DNA from: Hypanus sabinus | Lineage: Eukaryota | NCBI RefSeq assembly: GCF_030144855.1 | Contig: NW_026781355.1 | Span: 310,001-372,084, forward strand | Length of the DNA stretch: 62,084 nt | Reading direction: 5' to 3' | In this document: one piece after another, positions 11,764 to 26,700 of the stretch | Position numbering within the stretch: the first letter of the stretch is position 1 | Layout of the letters: each line of letters begins with the position of its first letter | The notes under the pieces: model-generated | What the model was told of the DNA's origin: nothing | The model's input: only the letters and a program-made list of their open reading frames with translations | Database searches by the model: none | Position numbers and translations under genes: made by a program

Positions 11764-14700
11764 GTAGGTGTTTTCCATTGTCCCCTGTCTCCCCGTTGTC
11801 TCTCTCCTAAAGGCTCGTTTTACTTTGTGGCGCAGCGCGATCTATTTGGACGTTGGTTCTGCCAGTGGAGGGTTGGCGTTGGGACCCTGTCCTTCCCTGA
11901 GTGCTGGGGTGGACTGCCTTCCGGTGACGATGAACCCCAGTACTATTGGGAAGAGACGTCCAAGTTTGATCCCAGTTAAAGGCCGGGCACAATTCCAAGC
12001 CTGGGTGGTGATGAATTTGGAGCGAGGCTGTAGTGTGGTGGTTAGCGTGATGCTTTACATTCCCTGTGACCCAGGTTCAATTCTCGCCGCTGTCTGTACG
12101 TTCTTCAGTTCTCAATGCTATTTGCTTATTTTTATTGTTTTCACGATCTTTCCCCTTGCACATTGGCTGTTCGACGGCCTTCAGAATCAGAATCAAGCTT
12201 AATATCACCGACATATGTTGTGAAACTTGTTGACTTTGTGGCGGCAGTACGATGCAATTCCTAATAACAGAGAAAAACTGAATCACAGTAAGTGTATATA
12301 TGTGTATAAAGTCGTTAAATAATAGCACCAAAACAGAAATAAAAAAAGTAATGAGGTAGTATTCAGGGTTCATTGTTCATTCAGAAATCGGATGGCAGAG
12401 GGAAGAAGCTGTTCCTGAATCGCTGAGTGTGTGTCTTCAGGCTCCTGTACCTCCTGCCTGGTGGTAGCAATGAGAACAGGGCATGTCCTGGGTGATGGGG
12501 GTCCTTAATGATGGATGCTGCCTTTCTGAGGCACCACTCCTCGAAGATGTGTTGGAAACTACGGAGGCTCGAGCCCACGATGGCGCCGAGTAATTTTACA
12601 GCTCTCTGCAGATTCTTTCCATCTTATGCTGTAGTTCCCCACCCCCCATCCCCCATCCCAGGCGGTGATGCAGCCAGTCAGAATGCTCCCCACCGTACGT
12701 CTGTAGAGATTGGCGAGTCTTTTACGTGACATACCAAATCTCCTCAAACTCCTGGTGAAATATAACCGTTGTCGTATCTTCTTTGTAATCACATCAACAT
12801 GTTGGGACCAGGTTCAGTCCTCCGATGTTTTGAAACACCCTGGAATTTGAAACTGCTCCCTCTCTCCACTTCTGATCCCTTGATGAGGATTGGTTTGTGT
12901 TCCCTCGATTACCCTTCTGAAGTCCACGGTCAGCTCTTTGGTCTTACTGACGTTGAGTGCAAGGTTGTTGCTGCGACACCACTCCACTAATCGGCATATC
13001 TCACTCCTGTACGCCCTCTCATCACTACCCGAGATTCTACCAACAATGGTTGTATTGTCGGCAAATTTATAGATGGTGTTTGAGCTATGCCTAGCCACAC
13101 AGTCATGGGTGTAGAGAGACTAGAACAGTGGCTAAAAACACATCCTTGAGGTGCACCAGTGTTGATTGTCAGTGAGCTGGAGATGTTATTAGCAATCTGC
13201 ACAGATTGTGACATTCCAGTTAGGAATTCGAGGATCCAGTTGAAGAGGGAAGTACTGAGGCCCAGTTTCTGTAACTAATCAATCAGGACTGTAGTAATGA
13301 TGGGTTCTTTTGGGTTTCTTTGTTCTGTGGCTGCCTGTAAGGAGACAAATCACAAGGTTGTCTAATCTATATATACATTGAACTCTGAACTCCCTGTGAC
13401 CTCATGGGTTTCCTCCAGGTGCTCTGGTTTTCTCCCACAATCTACTGGTTGGCGGGTTAACTGATCATTGTGAATTGTCCCGTGATTAGGCTCGGGTTGT
13501 TGGACATCACGGCTCAAAAGGCCGGAGGGGGCCTATTCTGCATTGTGTCTCAGTTAATGAATATATTGGGAGGGGAGCCTGCCCTGGAGGGGAGATGGTG
13601 TTCACATCCACCTGATACCCTGATGTGGAGAGGTGGTGGCTGCTGGAATAGCAGGGCGAGTAACTGCATTGCGTGTTGTAGATGGCGCACACCGCGGCCA
13701 CTGTGCGCTGGCGGTGGAAGGAGGGAGTACTGACTGGGTGCTCAAGTGGTTACTGTTGTCCTGGGTTGTGTGATGTTGTAGTTGTACAAGATGTTGGTGA
13801 AGACATATTGAGTACAGAGTTGGGATGTTATATCGACGTTGAATAAGAATAACATAATAATTTATAATACTAAAGAACACAATAAGTATTAGTACATTAG
13901 ACAGCTTATATACGTGGATTGATTGTAGATACATAAAGTTCCATATGAATGACAACTTTATCATTTCCTGTCAGTCACCTGAAGTACAGACACTCCTGAG
14001 CCTGGAGTCACTTTATGGACATAAAGTCTATCTGTCAATCTGTATATCAATCTATGTATAGAAACTATCATATGTACAGTATTTATATTTATTGTGTTAT
14101 TATTATTGGCTCTTTATTTTATTGTATTTTTGTGCTGCATTGGATCCAGAGTAACAATGGTTTTTTTCTGCTTCACACTTGTGGCCATCTATTGAACACC
14201 AAAAGGACGCAGAGAACACTGGACGGTCCAGCACAGTACAGACCCTTCAGCTCTCAATGTTGCTCCAATCTTTTATCCTGCTCCAAGATCAATCTAACCC
14301 TTCCCTCCCACATAACCCTCCATTTCTCTTCCATCAATGTGTCTATCTAAGTGTCCCTAATGTCTCAGCCTCTACGACCACCAGGATGTTCCTAACACTC
14401 ACCACTCTCTGTCGAAAACTTACTCCCTATACTTTCTGCCAGTCACCTTAAAATTAGACCCTCTCATATTAGCCAGTTCTGCTCTGGGTATGTAAGTAAC
14501 TCTGTCTTGTTGGACATGGTCATAGTTTGACCCCCATCTCAACCTCCCAATGAAGCCGTGTTGTTTATAGAGTCATTCCAGTCTCACCAACTTCTGAGTT
14601 CCTCTTAAAATTTTCCCTTCTCACCCTCTACCCGTGACCTCTGTTTGTAATCCCACCCATCCTCAGTGGAAAAAGCCTGCTTGCATTTACCCTGGCTGTA

Positions 14701-17700
14701 AAGGATGCAAGATCTCCAGGCGTGCGGTTACATCTGTGGAAGCTAAACATTGATGTTTGCAAAACTGTCACAGGTTCCACTGAAGTGCATTGAAGCGAGA
14801 GGTTTTACTGCTTGATGGCATTGAGCGCTGGTTGTAGCCCTTTTAAAAGGCCATTCTGCCCATTGACCTCAGGCTGGCTCCTTTCAAAAGCACAAACAGA
14901 AAAGATTTGGCAGATGCTGGAAATCCAGAGCCACATAAAATGCTGGAGAAACAGCAGGTCAGGCAGAATCTATGGAGGGGAATAAACTGTTGAGGTTTTG
15001 GGCCAAGACCTTTCATCAAATTCCACACAGGCAACTGTGGGAATTGAACCCAGGTTGCTGGTTCTGCAACAGCATAACTGTAACCACTGTACTACTGTAG
15101 CAACTCGCAATTTTAGAAGGATTTATTATCCCTCTTCACTCCATTCTCCTGTCTTCTGCATGTAACCTTTGATGCCTTTAGAAGTCAAAAACCTATCAAC
15201 CTCTGCTTTAGGTACACCCAATGACAGCCTCCACAAACTTCTGTGGCAATAAATTCCACAGATTCAACCCCTTCTGGCTAAAGACATCCCTCCTCATCTC
15301 CATTCTAAAGGTACGTCCCTCTAAGCTGAAGCTGTGCCCTGTGGAGTAACACACAGGAAATGCTGGAGGAATTCAGCAGATCAGGCATCAACTACTGAGA
15401 GGAATGTTTTGGGCTGGAAAGGACGGGGACAGTCCACAATATCCTGAAATGGGATGGTGAGCAGCCAGAGGTCGTGGTACATATTGGTACCAACGACAAA
15501 GGCAGAAAAAGGGTGGAGGTCCTAAAGACAGAATACAGGGAGATCGGAAGGGAGCTGGGAAGCAGGAGCTCGAAGATAGTAATCTCGGGATTGCTGCCTG
15601 TGACACATGACAGTGAGTATAGGAATAGAATGAGATGGAGGATCAATGTGTGGCTGAAGGATTTTTGGATCTTTGGGACCTGTTCTGGGGCAGGTATGAC
15701 CTGTACGAAGAGGACGGGTTGCACTTGAATCTGAGGGGGACCAATATCCTTGCAGGGAAGTTTGCTAAGGCTTTTGGGGAGGGTTTAAACGAGATTTGCA
15801 GGGGGGTGGTAACTGAAGTGAAGTGGCAGAGGATGGGGAAGTTGGAGCACAAGTAGAGACAGTAGTGAGTTTGTGAGGAAGGATGGGCAGATGTTAGAGC
15901 GAAGATGCACTCAGCTTTTTGGTTTGAGATGTGTCTATTTTCATGCAAGGAGCATCATAAACAAGGCCGAGTAACATAGAGCGTGGATCAGTACATTGAC
16001 GTTGTGGCCCTTACAGAGACTTGGATGCCTCAGGAATAGGAATGGCTGCTGAGTTTGCCAGGCTTTGGATGTTTCAAAAAGAACAGAGAGGGAGGCAAAA
16101 GAGGTGGGGGCATGGCATTGCTAATTAGGGATAGTGTCATGGCTGCAGAAAAGGAGGAAGTCATGGAGGGATGGTCTACTGAGTTAGTGTGGGTGGAGGT
16201 CACAAACAGAAAGGGGCAATAACCCTACTGGGTGTTTTTATAGACCCTGCAATAGTAATGTGGATACCGAGGAGCAGATAGGGAGATGGATTATTCTAAT
16301 AATAGGGTTGTTGTGATTGGTGATTTTAACTTTCCTGTTATTGACTGGAATCTCCCTAGAGAGAGGGGTTTAATGGGGTGGAGTTTGTTAGGTGTGTTCA
16401 GGAAGGCTTTCTGACACAATATGTAGATAAGCCAACGAGAGGAGAGGCTGTACTCGATCTGGTATTGGGAAATGAACCTGGTCATGTGTCAGATCTCTCG
16501 GTGGGAGAACATTTTGGAGGTAATGAGCACAACTCTGTCTTCTTCACCATTGCGCTGGAGAGGGATAGGAGCAGACAATTTGGGAAAACACGTAATTGGG
16601 GTCGGGGGAAATATGATGCAGTTAGGCAGTGTGATGAACCCCGAGGTCTATCTTGCCGTGGACTGTCATTTTAAGAGAGAATGCCTGAGTGACGTCAGCC
16701 GACAGCTTTCTCAGCTCCTGTTTGATTCTCACTGAGAGAGAGAGAGGGGCGGAACTATTCAACTCTGCAGCTTGTTTTGATTTAAGCAAGGACACTCACT
16801 CACACACAGTCAGTCGCATTTGGAGTCGGACAAGGGAAGGAAGCCAGTGACTAAGGGGTCACTGGTTGGAACTTCCGAGTGCCCACAAGGGTGGGTTGTG
16901 CATTGACCCAGCACGTTGATAAGTGGCTATCACGTTGTGTGATTGGGGGCAATCTTGTGGAATCTACCTATGTGTTAACCCTTGCCTGGGTGGTAGTTCC
17001 CTTTGTAGTTCCCTTATCCTTGTGATAAGCTACTATTGGTGATAATCTGTAAAAGGATTTGGAATAACAATGGATAAATCCTATGGCAATTGTTATCTTG
17101 TTTTACCACCATGGAACTTGTGGAATACGACATAAATGCCCTCTCTCGACATTCACCTTGGATTACAAATCTCTCTCTCACATCATTTAATCTGAGGACG
17201 AACTGAACTTTCATACCTCACCATCTCACGATTTTAAGCCTGGAGCCCCCCCGTCCCCCGAGCTCAGTAGTTTGGGAGTTATATTTACACATATGGATAC
17301 TCATAACACTGTTAACTTTTGATTATTCTTGTTTACGCTGCTATGTTAAGTAGATACTAATAAAGATAGTGGTTTCAACATCAAAACCAGACTACAGGCG
17401 TGGTCTATTGCTGCTGGTTCATTTAAACCATTATGGGTACGTAACAAACAGGAACTTAGGAGAATTAATTGGGAGATGTTCTCAATGAAATGCACGGCCA
17501 AAATGTGTCAAATATTCAGGGAAGATTTGCATGGAGTTCTGCATAGGTATGTTCCATTGAGGCAGGGAAAGGTTGGTAGGGTTAAAGAACCATGGTGTAC
17601 AAAGGATGTGGAAAATCTAGTTAAGCAGAAAAGAAAAGCGTACGAAAGGTTCAAGAAACTAGGTACTGTTAGAGCTCTAGAAAATTCCAAGGTTGCTAGG

Positions 17701-20700
17701 AAGGAGCTTAAGAATGGAATTAGGAGAGCCAGAAGGGGCCATGAGAAGGTCTTGGTGAGCAGGATTAAGGAAAACCCTAAACATTCTACAAGTATGTGAA
17801 GAGCAAGAGGATGAGCTGTGTGAGTATAGGACCCATTAGGTGCGATGGTGGAAACGTGTGCAAGGAGAGAGAATGTGCCAGACCTTTTGAAAAGCATAAA
17901 GTTAGATAGTTCACTGGGACTGGATGAGATATACCCCAGGCTACTGTGGGAATTGAGGGAGGAGATTGCTGAGCCTCTTGCAATGACCGTTGCATCATCG
18001 ATAGGAATGGGAGAAGTACCAGAGTATTGGAAGTTTACAAATGTTGTTCCCTTGATCAAGAAAGGGAGTAGAGATAACCCAGGAAAGTATGGACCAGAGA
18101 GTCTGACTTCAGTGGTGGGCAATTTCCTGGACAATATCCTGAAAGGCAGGATTTATGAGTATTTGGAGAGACATCATCTGATTAGGGATAGTCAGCATGG
18201 CTTTGTCAAGGGCAGGTCGTGCCTTACGAGCCATTGAAGTCCCTGAGGATGTAACAAAACACATGGATGAAGGTAAATCAGCTGATGTAGTGAATATGGA
18301 TTTCATTTGGGCATTCCATAAGGTTCCCCATGCAAGGCTCCTTCGGAAAGTCAGGAGGCATGGGATCCAAGGAGACCTTGATTTGTGGATCCAGAATTGG
18401 CTTGACCACAGAAGGCAAAGGGTGACGTAGATGGTCCATGTTCTGCATGGAGGTCGGTGGACTGTGGAGTTTCGCCAGGATCTGTACTGGTTTCCGTCCT
18501 CCTTGTAATTTTTAAGTGACCTGGATGAAGAAGTAGAAGGATGGGTTAGAAAGTTTGCTGATGACACAAAGATTGGAGGTGTTTTGGATAGTGTGGAGGG
18601 CTGTCAGAGGCTACAGTGGGAAATTGATAGGATGCAGAACTGGGCTGAGAAGTGGCATATGGACTTCAACCTGGATAAGTGTGAAGTGGTTCATTTTGCT
18701 AGGTCAAATATGATGGCAGAATATAGTATTAATGGTAAGTCTTGGCAGTGTGGAGGATCAAAGAGATCATTGGGTCTGTGTTCATAGGACACTCAAAGCT
18801 GCTGCACAGGTTGACAGTGTTGTTAAGAAGGTATATGGTGTGTTGGCATTTATCAGTTGTCGGATTGAGTTCAAGAGCCATGAGGTAATGTTACAACGAT
18901 ATAAGACCCTGGTCAGACCCTACTTGGAGTACTGTGCTTAGTTCTGGTCACTTCACTACAGGAAGAATGTGGATACTATAGAGAGTGTGAAGAGGAGATT
19001 TACGAGGATGTTGCCTGGATTGGGGAGCATACCTTATGAGAATAGGTTGAGTGATCTTGGCCTTTTCTCCTTGGAGTGACGGAGGATGAGAGGTGACCTG
19101 ATAGGGATATATAAGATGACGAGGGGCATTGATCATGTTGATACCCAGAGGCTTTTTCCCAGGGCTGAAATGGCTAAAATGAGGGGGAATAGTTTGAAGG
19201 TGCTTGGAAATAGGTACCGAGGTGATGTCAGGAGTAAGTTTTTCATACAGAGAGTGGTGAGTGCGTGGAATGCACTGTCAGTGGCGGTGATGAAAGTGTA
19301 CAATAGGGTCTTTTAAGAGCCCCTTAGGTAGGTACGTGGAGCTTAGAAAAATAGAGGACTATGCGCTAGGGAAATTCTAGGCCGTTTTTAGAGCAGGTTT
19401 CCATGGTTGGTACAACATTATGCTATGAAGCACCTGCAATGTTCTGTAAATTTCTAAGTTCTGTGTTCTAAGACAATATACAAAGGTGGGGGGGAGGGGA
19501 TGGAGTACAAGATGGTGGTGAGAGAAGAGACCAGGTGAGAGAGAGGGTGTCTGGGTAGGGCAGTGGAATGAAGTAAGAAGCTAGGAGGTGGTAGGTGGAA
19601 AAGGTAAAGTGCTGAAGAAGAAGGGATCTGATAGGATAGGAGAGTAGACCATGGGAGGAAAGGATGGAGAAGGGGAATCAGAGGGAGGTGATAGGCAGGT
19701 AAGGAGAAAAGGAGGGCGTATCAGAGAGAAGGGAGAAGGGAGGAGAAATTACCACAACTTGGAGAAATCGATGCTGATGCTGTCAGGATGGAGGCCCCCC
19801 CCCCCCCCTCCGATGGAATCTGAGATGTTCTTCCACCAAATGACTATAGGAAAGATGTTCTCCAAATCCATTCTACCTAGGCCTATCAATATTCGAACCG
19901 ACTATAGGAACAATCCTCTCCACATCCACTCTATCTCGGCCTATAAATATTCAAACTGATTATAGGAAAGATCCTCTCCACATCCACTCTATCTAGGCCT
20001 ATAAATATTCAGGTTACCTATCAGGTTGCAAAGAGATCCCCCCTCAATGACTATAACCTCTTGATTCTTATTCTCAGTGTCCTTTCCCCTCCTCCACCCA
20101 GGCTAAGGTCATGAAGTTTTGTTACAGCCTTATAAAACTCTAGCTAGGCCACATCTGGAGTATTGTGTACAGTTCTGGTCACCCCACTGTAGGAGGTATG
20201 TTGAGGCTTTGGAGAGGGTACAGACGAGGTTCACCAGGATGATGCCTGGATTAGAGGGCATGTGCTATATGTTTTCTCTGGAGCGACGGAGTCTGAGGGG
20301 AGATTTGATAGAGTTTGTAAGATTATGAGAGGCACAGAGAGAGCAGACAGAGAGTATCTTCCTCCCAGGGTTGAAATGTCTAACACCAAAGGCCTGCGTT
20401 GAAGGTGAAAGGGGTTTAGAGGGGATGTGAGGGGTAAATGTTTTACACAGACAGTGCCGGGTGACTGGAATGCTCTGCCTGGGGAGGTGTTACAGGCAGA
20501 TACATTAGTGGCTTTTAAGAGACATCTTGATCAGCACATGAACAGACATTGGACATTGAAATGGACATTGTGTAGGCAGAGGGGTTAGTTTAGTAGGTCA
20601 CTAATTTAATTGGTTTAGCACAACATTGTGGGCCGAAGGGCCTGTGCCTGTGCTCTACTGCTCTGTGTTCTATGTTCTCGTGTTAAATACAGTAAATCTA

Positions 20701-23700
20701 TGATCATCTGCTACTGAGAAATCCCGGTTGTTCCCTCCCTGGCTCACCAGGTGCCTGAGGTTCACGGAGCCATTCTGTTTCCCATTATCAGGTAATAAAA
20801 ATGAACTTCTGACATCACGATCTACCACAACGTGAGTAACACACAAAATGCTGGAGGATCTCAGCAGGTCAGGCAGCTTCTATGGAGGGGAATAAACAGT
20901 CAATATTTTGGCCTGGGATCCTTCACCAGGACTGGAAAGGAAGGTGAAAGATGCCAGAATCTGGTGGTGAGGGGAGAGGGACTGGCTGGGTTCTTCTTAC
21001 ACAGGGCCAGTATGAACTCAATGGGCTGAATGTCCTCCTGAATGCTGCAACTGTTCCGTCACTCCGAGCTAATTCCAAGAGCTCTCCTCTCCGTAACCGG
21101 TGCCCCCGATTCTCCAATCACTTCCCCACCTGAAAATGAAGTGGCAGGATTGTAAAAGCCATCGGCCCCAGGGAACAGACGACAATGACAAACCCCCGAA
21201 ACCCTGACTCGACCCCAGTCTGTAACGCTCTATATTTCAATAAGAGTCTGAGGTGAACTGGTTTGTCACCAAAGACACTGGCAAATTTCTACAGAGATAC
21301 CTGGAGAGTGTTCTAACTGGCTGCATCACCGTCTGGTCTGGTGGGGCCACTGCTCAGGATCAGAAAGACCAGCAGAAAGTTATAAACTCAGTCAGCTCCA
21401 TCGTGAGCACTGGTGTCCCCAGCACCCAGGACACCTTCAAAATGCAACGCCTCAAAAAGGCGGCATCCATCATTACGGACCCAGCACCCAGGACATGCCC
21501 TCTTCTCATTGCCACCATCAGGGAGGAGGAACAGGAGCCTGAAGACACACACTCACCGATTCAGGAACAGCTTCTTCCCCTCGGCCAGTTAGAACACTCA
21601 GCAGGTATATCTGTAGAAACTTGCCAGAGTACAGGAGCCTGAAGACACACACTCACCGATTCAGGAACAGCTTCTTCCCCTCCGCCATCAGATTTCTGAA
21701 TTGTCAATGAATCCATGAGCTCTTCCTCAGTATTTTTCCACTCTGTTTGCCCAACTTGTTTATTTCCTTTCCTTATTTTATATGCAATTTATAGATTTTA
21801 TTATTATACATTGCCTTGAACTGCTGCCGCAAAACAACAAATTTCATGACATACGACAGTGATGCAATCTCGTTGTCTATTCAATTGTTTCTATATTAAA
21901 TCTGATTCTGATTCTGACGTAACCCCCACTCCGGTCTCTACAGCACCAGACCGCAGCGTGTAGCCCACTCCTGAGTATCCATTATTGCACATATAAACCC
22001 CCCAGCCTGGACCCTCCTATGGATCACAGCCTGTTCCCAGTCCTGGCTATCCATTACTGATCATTTAGTTGTCAGGCCCTGCTGGTGTATCTGGAAGATC
22101 GCTGAAAGCCTGTGTCGATCAACTGTTGGGAAAGATGAAGGATATCTTCAATCCCTCACTGCTGCAGTCAGAGGCCCCACCTGCTTCAAAAGGGTAACAT
22201 CAGACCGGTCGGTGCCCAGGCAGAGCAGGGTGAGCTGCCTTAACAACCATCACCCAGTGGCACTCACATCTACTGCCATGAAATGTCTCGAGAGGTTGGT
22301 CTTGGCTGGAATCCACTCCTGCCTCAGGAAGAGCCTGGGCCCATGACAATTTGCCCGTCACCACAACAGGTCTACAGTAGATGCAATCTCACTGGCTTCT
22401 CACGTGGCCTTGGCTCACCCGGACAACAGCAAAACCTTTGCACTGCTTATCAAATTGAACTTTTATATATATTTATTGTAAAGTTGGAGGTGAAGTTAAT
22501 GAAGTCGACGAGCTCAGCATGTGTGCAGGAAGCAGCGCCGATGCAGTCGTCGATATAACGTAAGAAAAGAGTACAGATACCGGTGTAGGCTTGGAACATA
22601 GATTGCTCCACATGGCCGACAAAAAGGCAGGCATAGCTAGGACCCATGCGGGTGCCCATGGCTACACCTTTAGTTTGGAGGAAGTGGGAGGAGCCAAGGA
22701 GAAATTGTTAAGCGTGACGACTAATTCTGCAAGGCGGAGAAGAGTGCTGGTAGAGGGTGACTGGCTGGGTCCGGAATCCAGGAAGAAACGGAGAGCTCGG
22801 AGACCTTCCTGGTGGGGGATAGAGGTATATAGGGACTGGACGTCCATGGTGAAAATGAGGTGGTGGGGGCCAGGAAACTTGAAATCTTTGAAGAGATGTA
22901 AAGCATGGGAAGAATCACGGACATAGGTGGGAAGGGTTTGAACAAGGGGGGATAAAACAGAGTCGAGATAGGCAGAAATGAGTTCAGTGGGGCAGGAGCA
23001 AGCAGAGACAATGGGTCTGCCTGGACAGGCAGGTTTGTGAATCTCCATGTCTGTTTCCCAGATTTTTCACCCACTTTCCCCACCTTCCCCACGCTTGACC
23101 CGGTTCCACCTGCCAGATGCATCTCCCCCAGTGGGTCCCATTCTCATCTCAGAGTATCAGGCTGGAGAGTGAGTCCTTGGTGGTCCTCCCTCAAACAACT
23201 GATTACAATCACCTCTCTCCATCTGAATCTCCTTTCCTTCCCTCTTCTCCATCTGTCACCACTTACCACATCTCCCATCTCCCTTCCCCCTCCCTACCCA
23301 GCACAACCTGCCCTTAACCTCACACCCCACCTCAATCACCTCAGACCCGTCTCACCCCACCTCAATCCTCAATCACCTGATACTCCTGTCCCACCCTCCT
23401 CAATCTATCAATCACCTCAGTATCCTGTCCCACCCCTCCTCTATCACCTCTGACTCCTCTCTCACCCCTCCTCTGTCCATCAATCACCTCAGATTCCAGT
23501 TTCACTTCCCCTTTCCCTCTGGCCATTCGACATTCCTCTAACAGTCCCGATGCAAACCAAGACTTCAACGTCTTTTCACACCCACAGATGCAGCTCGACC
23601 GGCTGAATTCCTTCAGCAGATTGTTGTTCAAATATCGTCCTCTATCTCTCTCTCTCACTCAATTTCTCACTCACTCTCTCTATCACTGCTTCTCTCTCTC

Positions 23701-26700
23701 CCTCCTCTCTCTTTCACTGTCTCTCTCTATCTCACTCTCTCTCATTCACTCTCTCACACTCATTCACTATCTCTCTCTGACTCTCTCATTCACTCACTCA
23801 CATACACTCTCACTATCTCTCTGTCCCCAGACTATTCGATCTCTGGTTGGACAATGTCCGGCGCTGATGAGGTCTCTGCGGTGGAAGGAGCCTCCGCCGT
23901 GTTACCGTGTACTTTCACCCACCCACCTCCTGATGTCGCCCTGAGAGGCTCCGTGATCTGGTACAGAGGGGAACCAGGTGCTGGTAATCTGGTGTTTAAC
24001 TGCACATATCCCGGTTCCGGCCCCTCCGGGTGCGATACAACGACACAGGAGGCTGGAGGAGGGCGGTTCCGATTCGTGGGGAACCTCAGTCGGAGAGATG
24101 CCTCGATAATGGTGGAGCGACTGAAGCGGAGTGACGGTGGTCGGTATCGGTGCCGGGTGGAGCTCAATGTTAACAAATTTCAAACGGTGGTTCTAACAGA
24201 TCTGTCTGTGAGAGGTGAGGACCGATGTTTAAGCATTGAGTTGTAAAACTAATCATTTCACATTTTATCTCACTGAAAACTCATTTTATTCATAATGTAC
24301 AAGTATATTTTGCAGGATGATCATGTCAAATAGATGTGATGGTCATGTGCACTAGCACATAGAACAACAGCACCGTACAGGCCCTTCAGCCCACAATGTT
24401 GTGCTGACCCTTAAACCTGCTCCAAAATCAATCTCACCCCCTTGCCTCCCACATTCCCCCGCCATTTCTACAACATCCGTGTCTCTAAGAGTCTCTCCCC
24501 ACCCCCTTTTCCCGCTCCCTCCCTCTCCCTCTCCCTCTCCCCTCCCCTCTCCCCTCCCTCTCCCCTCTCTCTCCCTCCCCCCTGTCCGTGACGCTGCTGC
24601 CATTTCAGTCAGCAATGAAGGGCCTCCATCTCTGGCAGCATTCAGGGCTTCCTTCATCGTGTCAGTAGCTTCCTCTCGGTTTTCACTGCTGTCAGTCATA
24701 CAATTCCCGAGTGGGACTCAGGAATACCGTCACACTCAGATGTCGAAGGATTCTCCATTGCAGTTTCCATAACAACATTGTTTTACCCGTCAGGGTTGTT
24801 ACCCTGAGCTGAACCCCCGAACCTGGAGGATCAGTGATCCTCTCTTACAGAGAATATAGAAACAGAAATCTACAGCACATTACAGGCCATTCGGCCCACA
24901 ATGCTGTACTGACCATGTAACCTACTCTAGAGAGATTACCTCTTTCTTTTTCAATCTTTTTATTAGTTTTTATAAAACAAAACAAAACATAATATTATAT
25001 TAAATAGGTTATGAATACAAAAGATTTGAAATTAAATTAGTAACAAGATAACAATATCTTATTAAACTATCAGCGAAAAAAGATCGTACAATAATCAATC
25101 TAATCTACATTGATTATACATGAAAAAGATTAAAAATAATCATCAAAAGAAAAAAAAAGTATAAAATACAAGAAAAAATGTATATTTAAGAAAATAATGA
25201 AAAAAAAACCTAAACTAACATGGGCAGTAATAATAGTTTATATGTATATGATAGTGTCAAAAAACTCCGGAACTCCATACCAGAACAAGAATAATAAGAA
25301 TAAAGGTCCAGAAGAAGCCAAATTAATTCATATGAAAGTGTCGAATGAATGGTCCCCAAGTTTCTTCAAATTTAATTGATGAATCAAAAATAGTACTTTT
25401 AATTTTCTCTAAACTTAAACAAGAAATAGTTTGAGAGAACCACTGAAATGTGGTAGGAGGATTTACTTCTTTCCAATTTTGTAATATAGATCTCCTGGCC
25501 ATTAATGTTACAAAGGCAATCATTCGTCTAATTGAAGGGGAGAATCGACTATCATCTTCATTTGGTATACCAAAAATTGCAGTGATAAAATGAGGTTGTA
25601 AATCAATATTCCAAATTGAGGAAATGGTAGCAAATATGTCCTTCCAATAATTATGTAAAGTAGGACATGACCAAAACATGTGGGTCAATGAAGCCACATC
25701 TAAATGACATCTGTCACATTGAGGGTTAACATGAGAATAAAACCGAGCAAGCTTATCTTTAGACATATGAGCTCTATGTACAACCTTAAATTGTATTAAA
25801 GCATGTTTAGCACATATAGAAGAAGAATTAACCATTTGTAAAATTTTTTCCCATTTTTCCGTTGAAATATTGTATTGAAGTTCTTTTTCCCATTCCTGTT
25901 TAATTCTACCCGATACCTCTGGTTGTATTTTCATAACCATATTATAAATAAGAGGCACTAATCTCTTCTGACAGGGATTTAAAGTAAAAATCATATCTGA
26001 AAAATCTATCAAAGTTGAATTAGGAAAGGATGGTAAAACTTTATGCAAAAAGTTTCTAATTTGTAAATATCTAAAAAAATTAGATTTAGGTAATTTAAAT
26101 TTGTTAGAAAGTTGATCAAAAGACATCAAACTACCTTCAGAAAAAAGATCACGAAAACATATTATACCTTTCCTTTTCCATATGCTAAAAGCTTGATCCA
26201 TTAAAGAAGGTTTAAAGAAAAAATTAAGATAGGGCTATCAAGAACGAAGTTTTTTAGAGTAAAAAATTTACGAAATTGAAACCAAATTCGTATGTATGTT
26301 TGACAATAGGGTTAGATATCTGTTTATTAAGTTTAACTAAATCAACAGGGAGAGAAGAACCAAGAACAGAAAATAGAGAATATCCTTGTGTATCATTACA
26401 TTCTAAATTTACCCTCTGTGGGCACAATGGTAAATCTGAATCTAATTTCCAGTATAATAAATTCCGAATATTATTCGCCCAATAGTAAAATCTAAAATTG
26501 GGTAAAGCTAAACCACCATCTTTTTTAGATTTCTGTAACTGTCTTTTACTTAATCTGGGGTTTTTATTTTGCCACACAAATGAGGAAATTTTTGAATCAA
26601 TGCTATCAAAAAAAGACTTAGGAATAAAAATTGGTAAGGCTTGAAATAAATATAAAAATTTTGGTAAAATCATCATTTTAACAGCATTGATCCGACCAAA

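Noticed and set aside
20792-20831. 40-nt micro-exon between leader and V1 ([13 protein letters not shown])
   Set aside because: Good splice signals, but it ends in phase 2 and no compensating exon was found before V1. The donor overlaps a repeat start.
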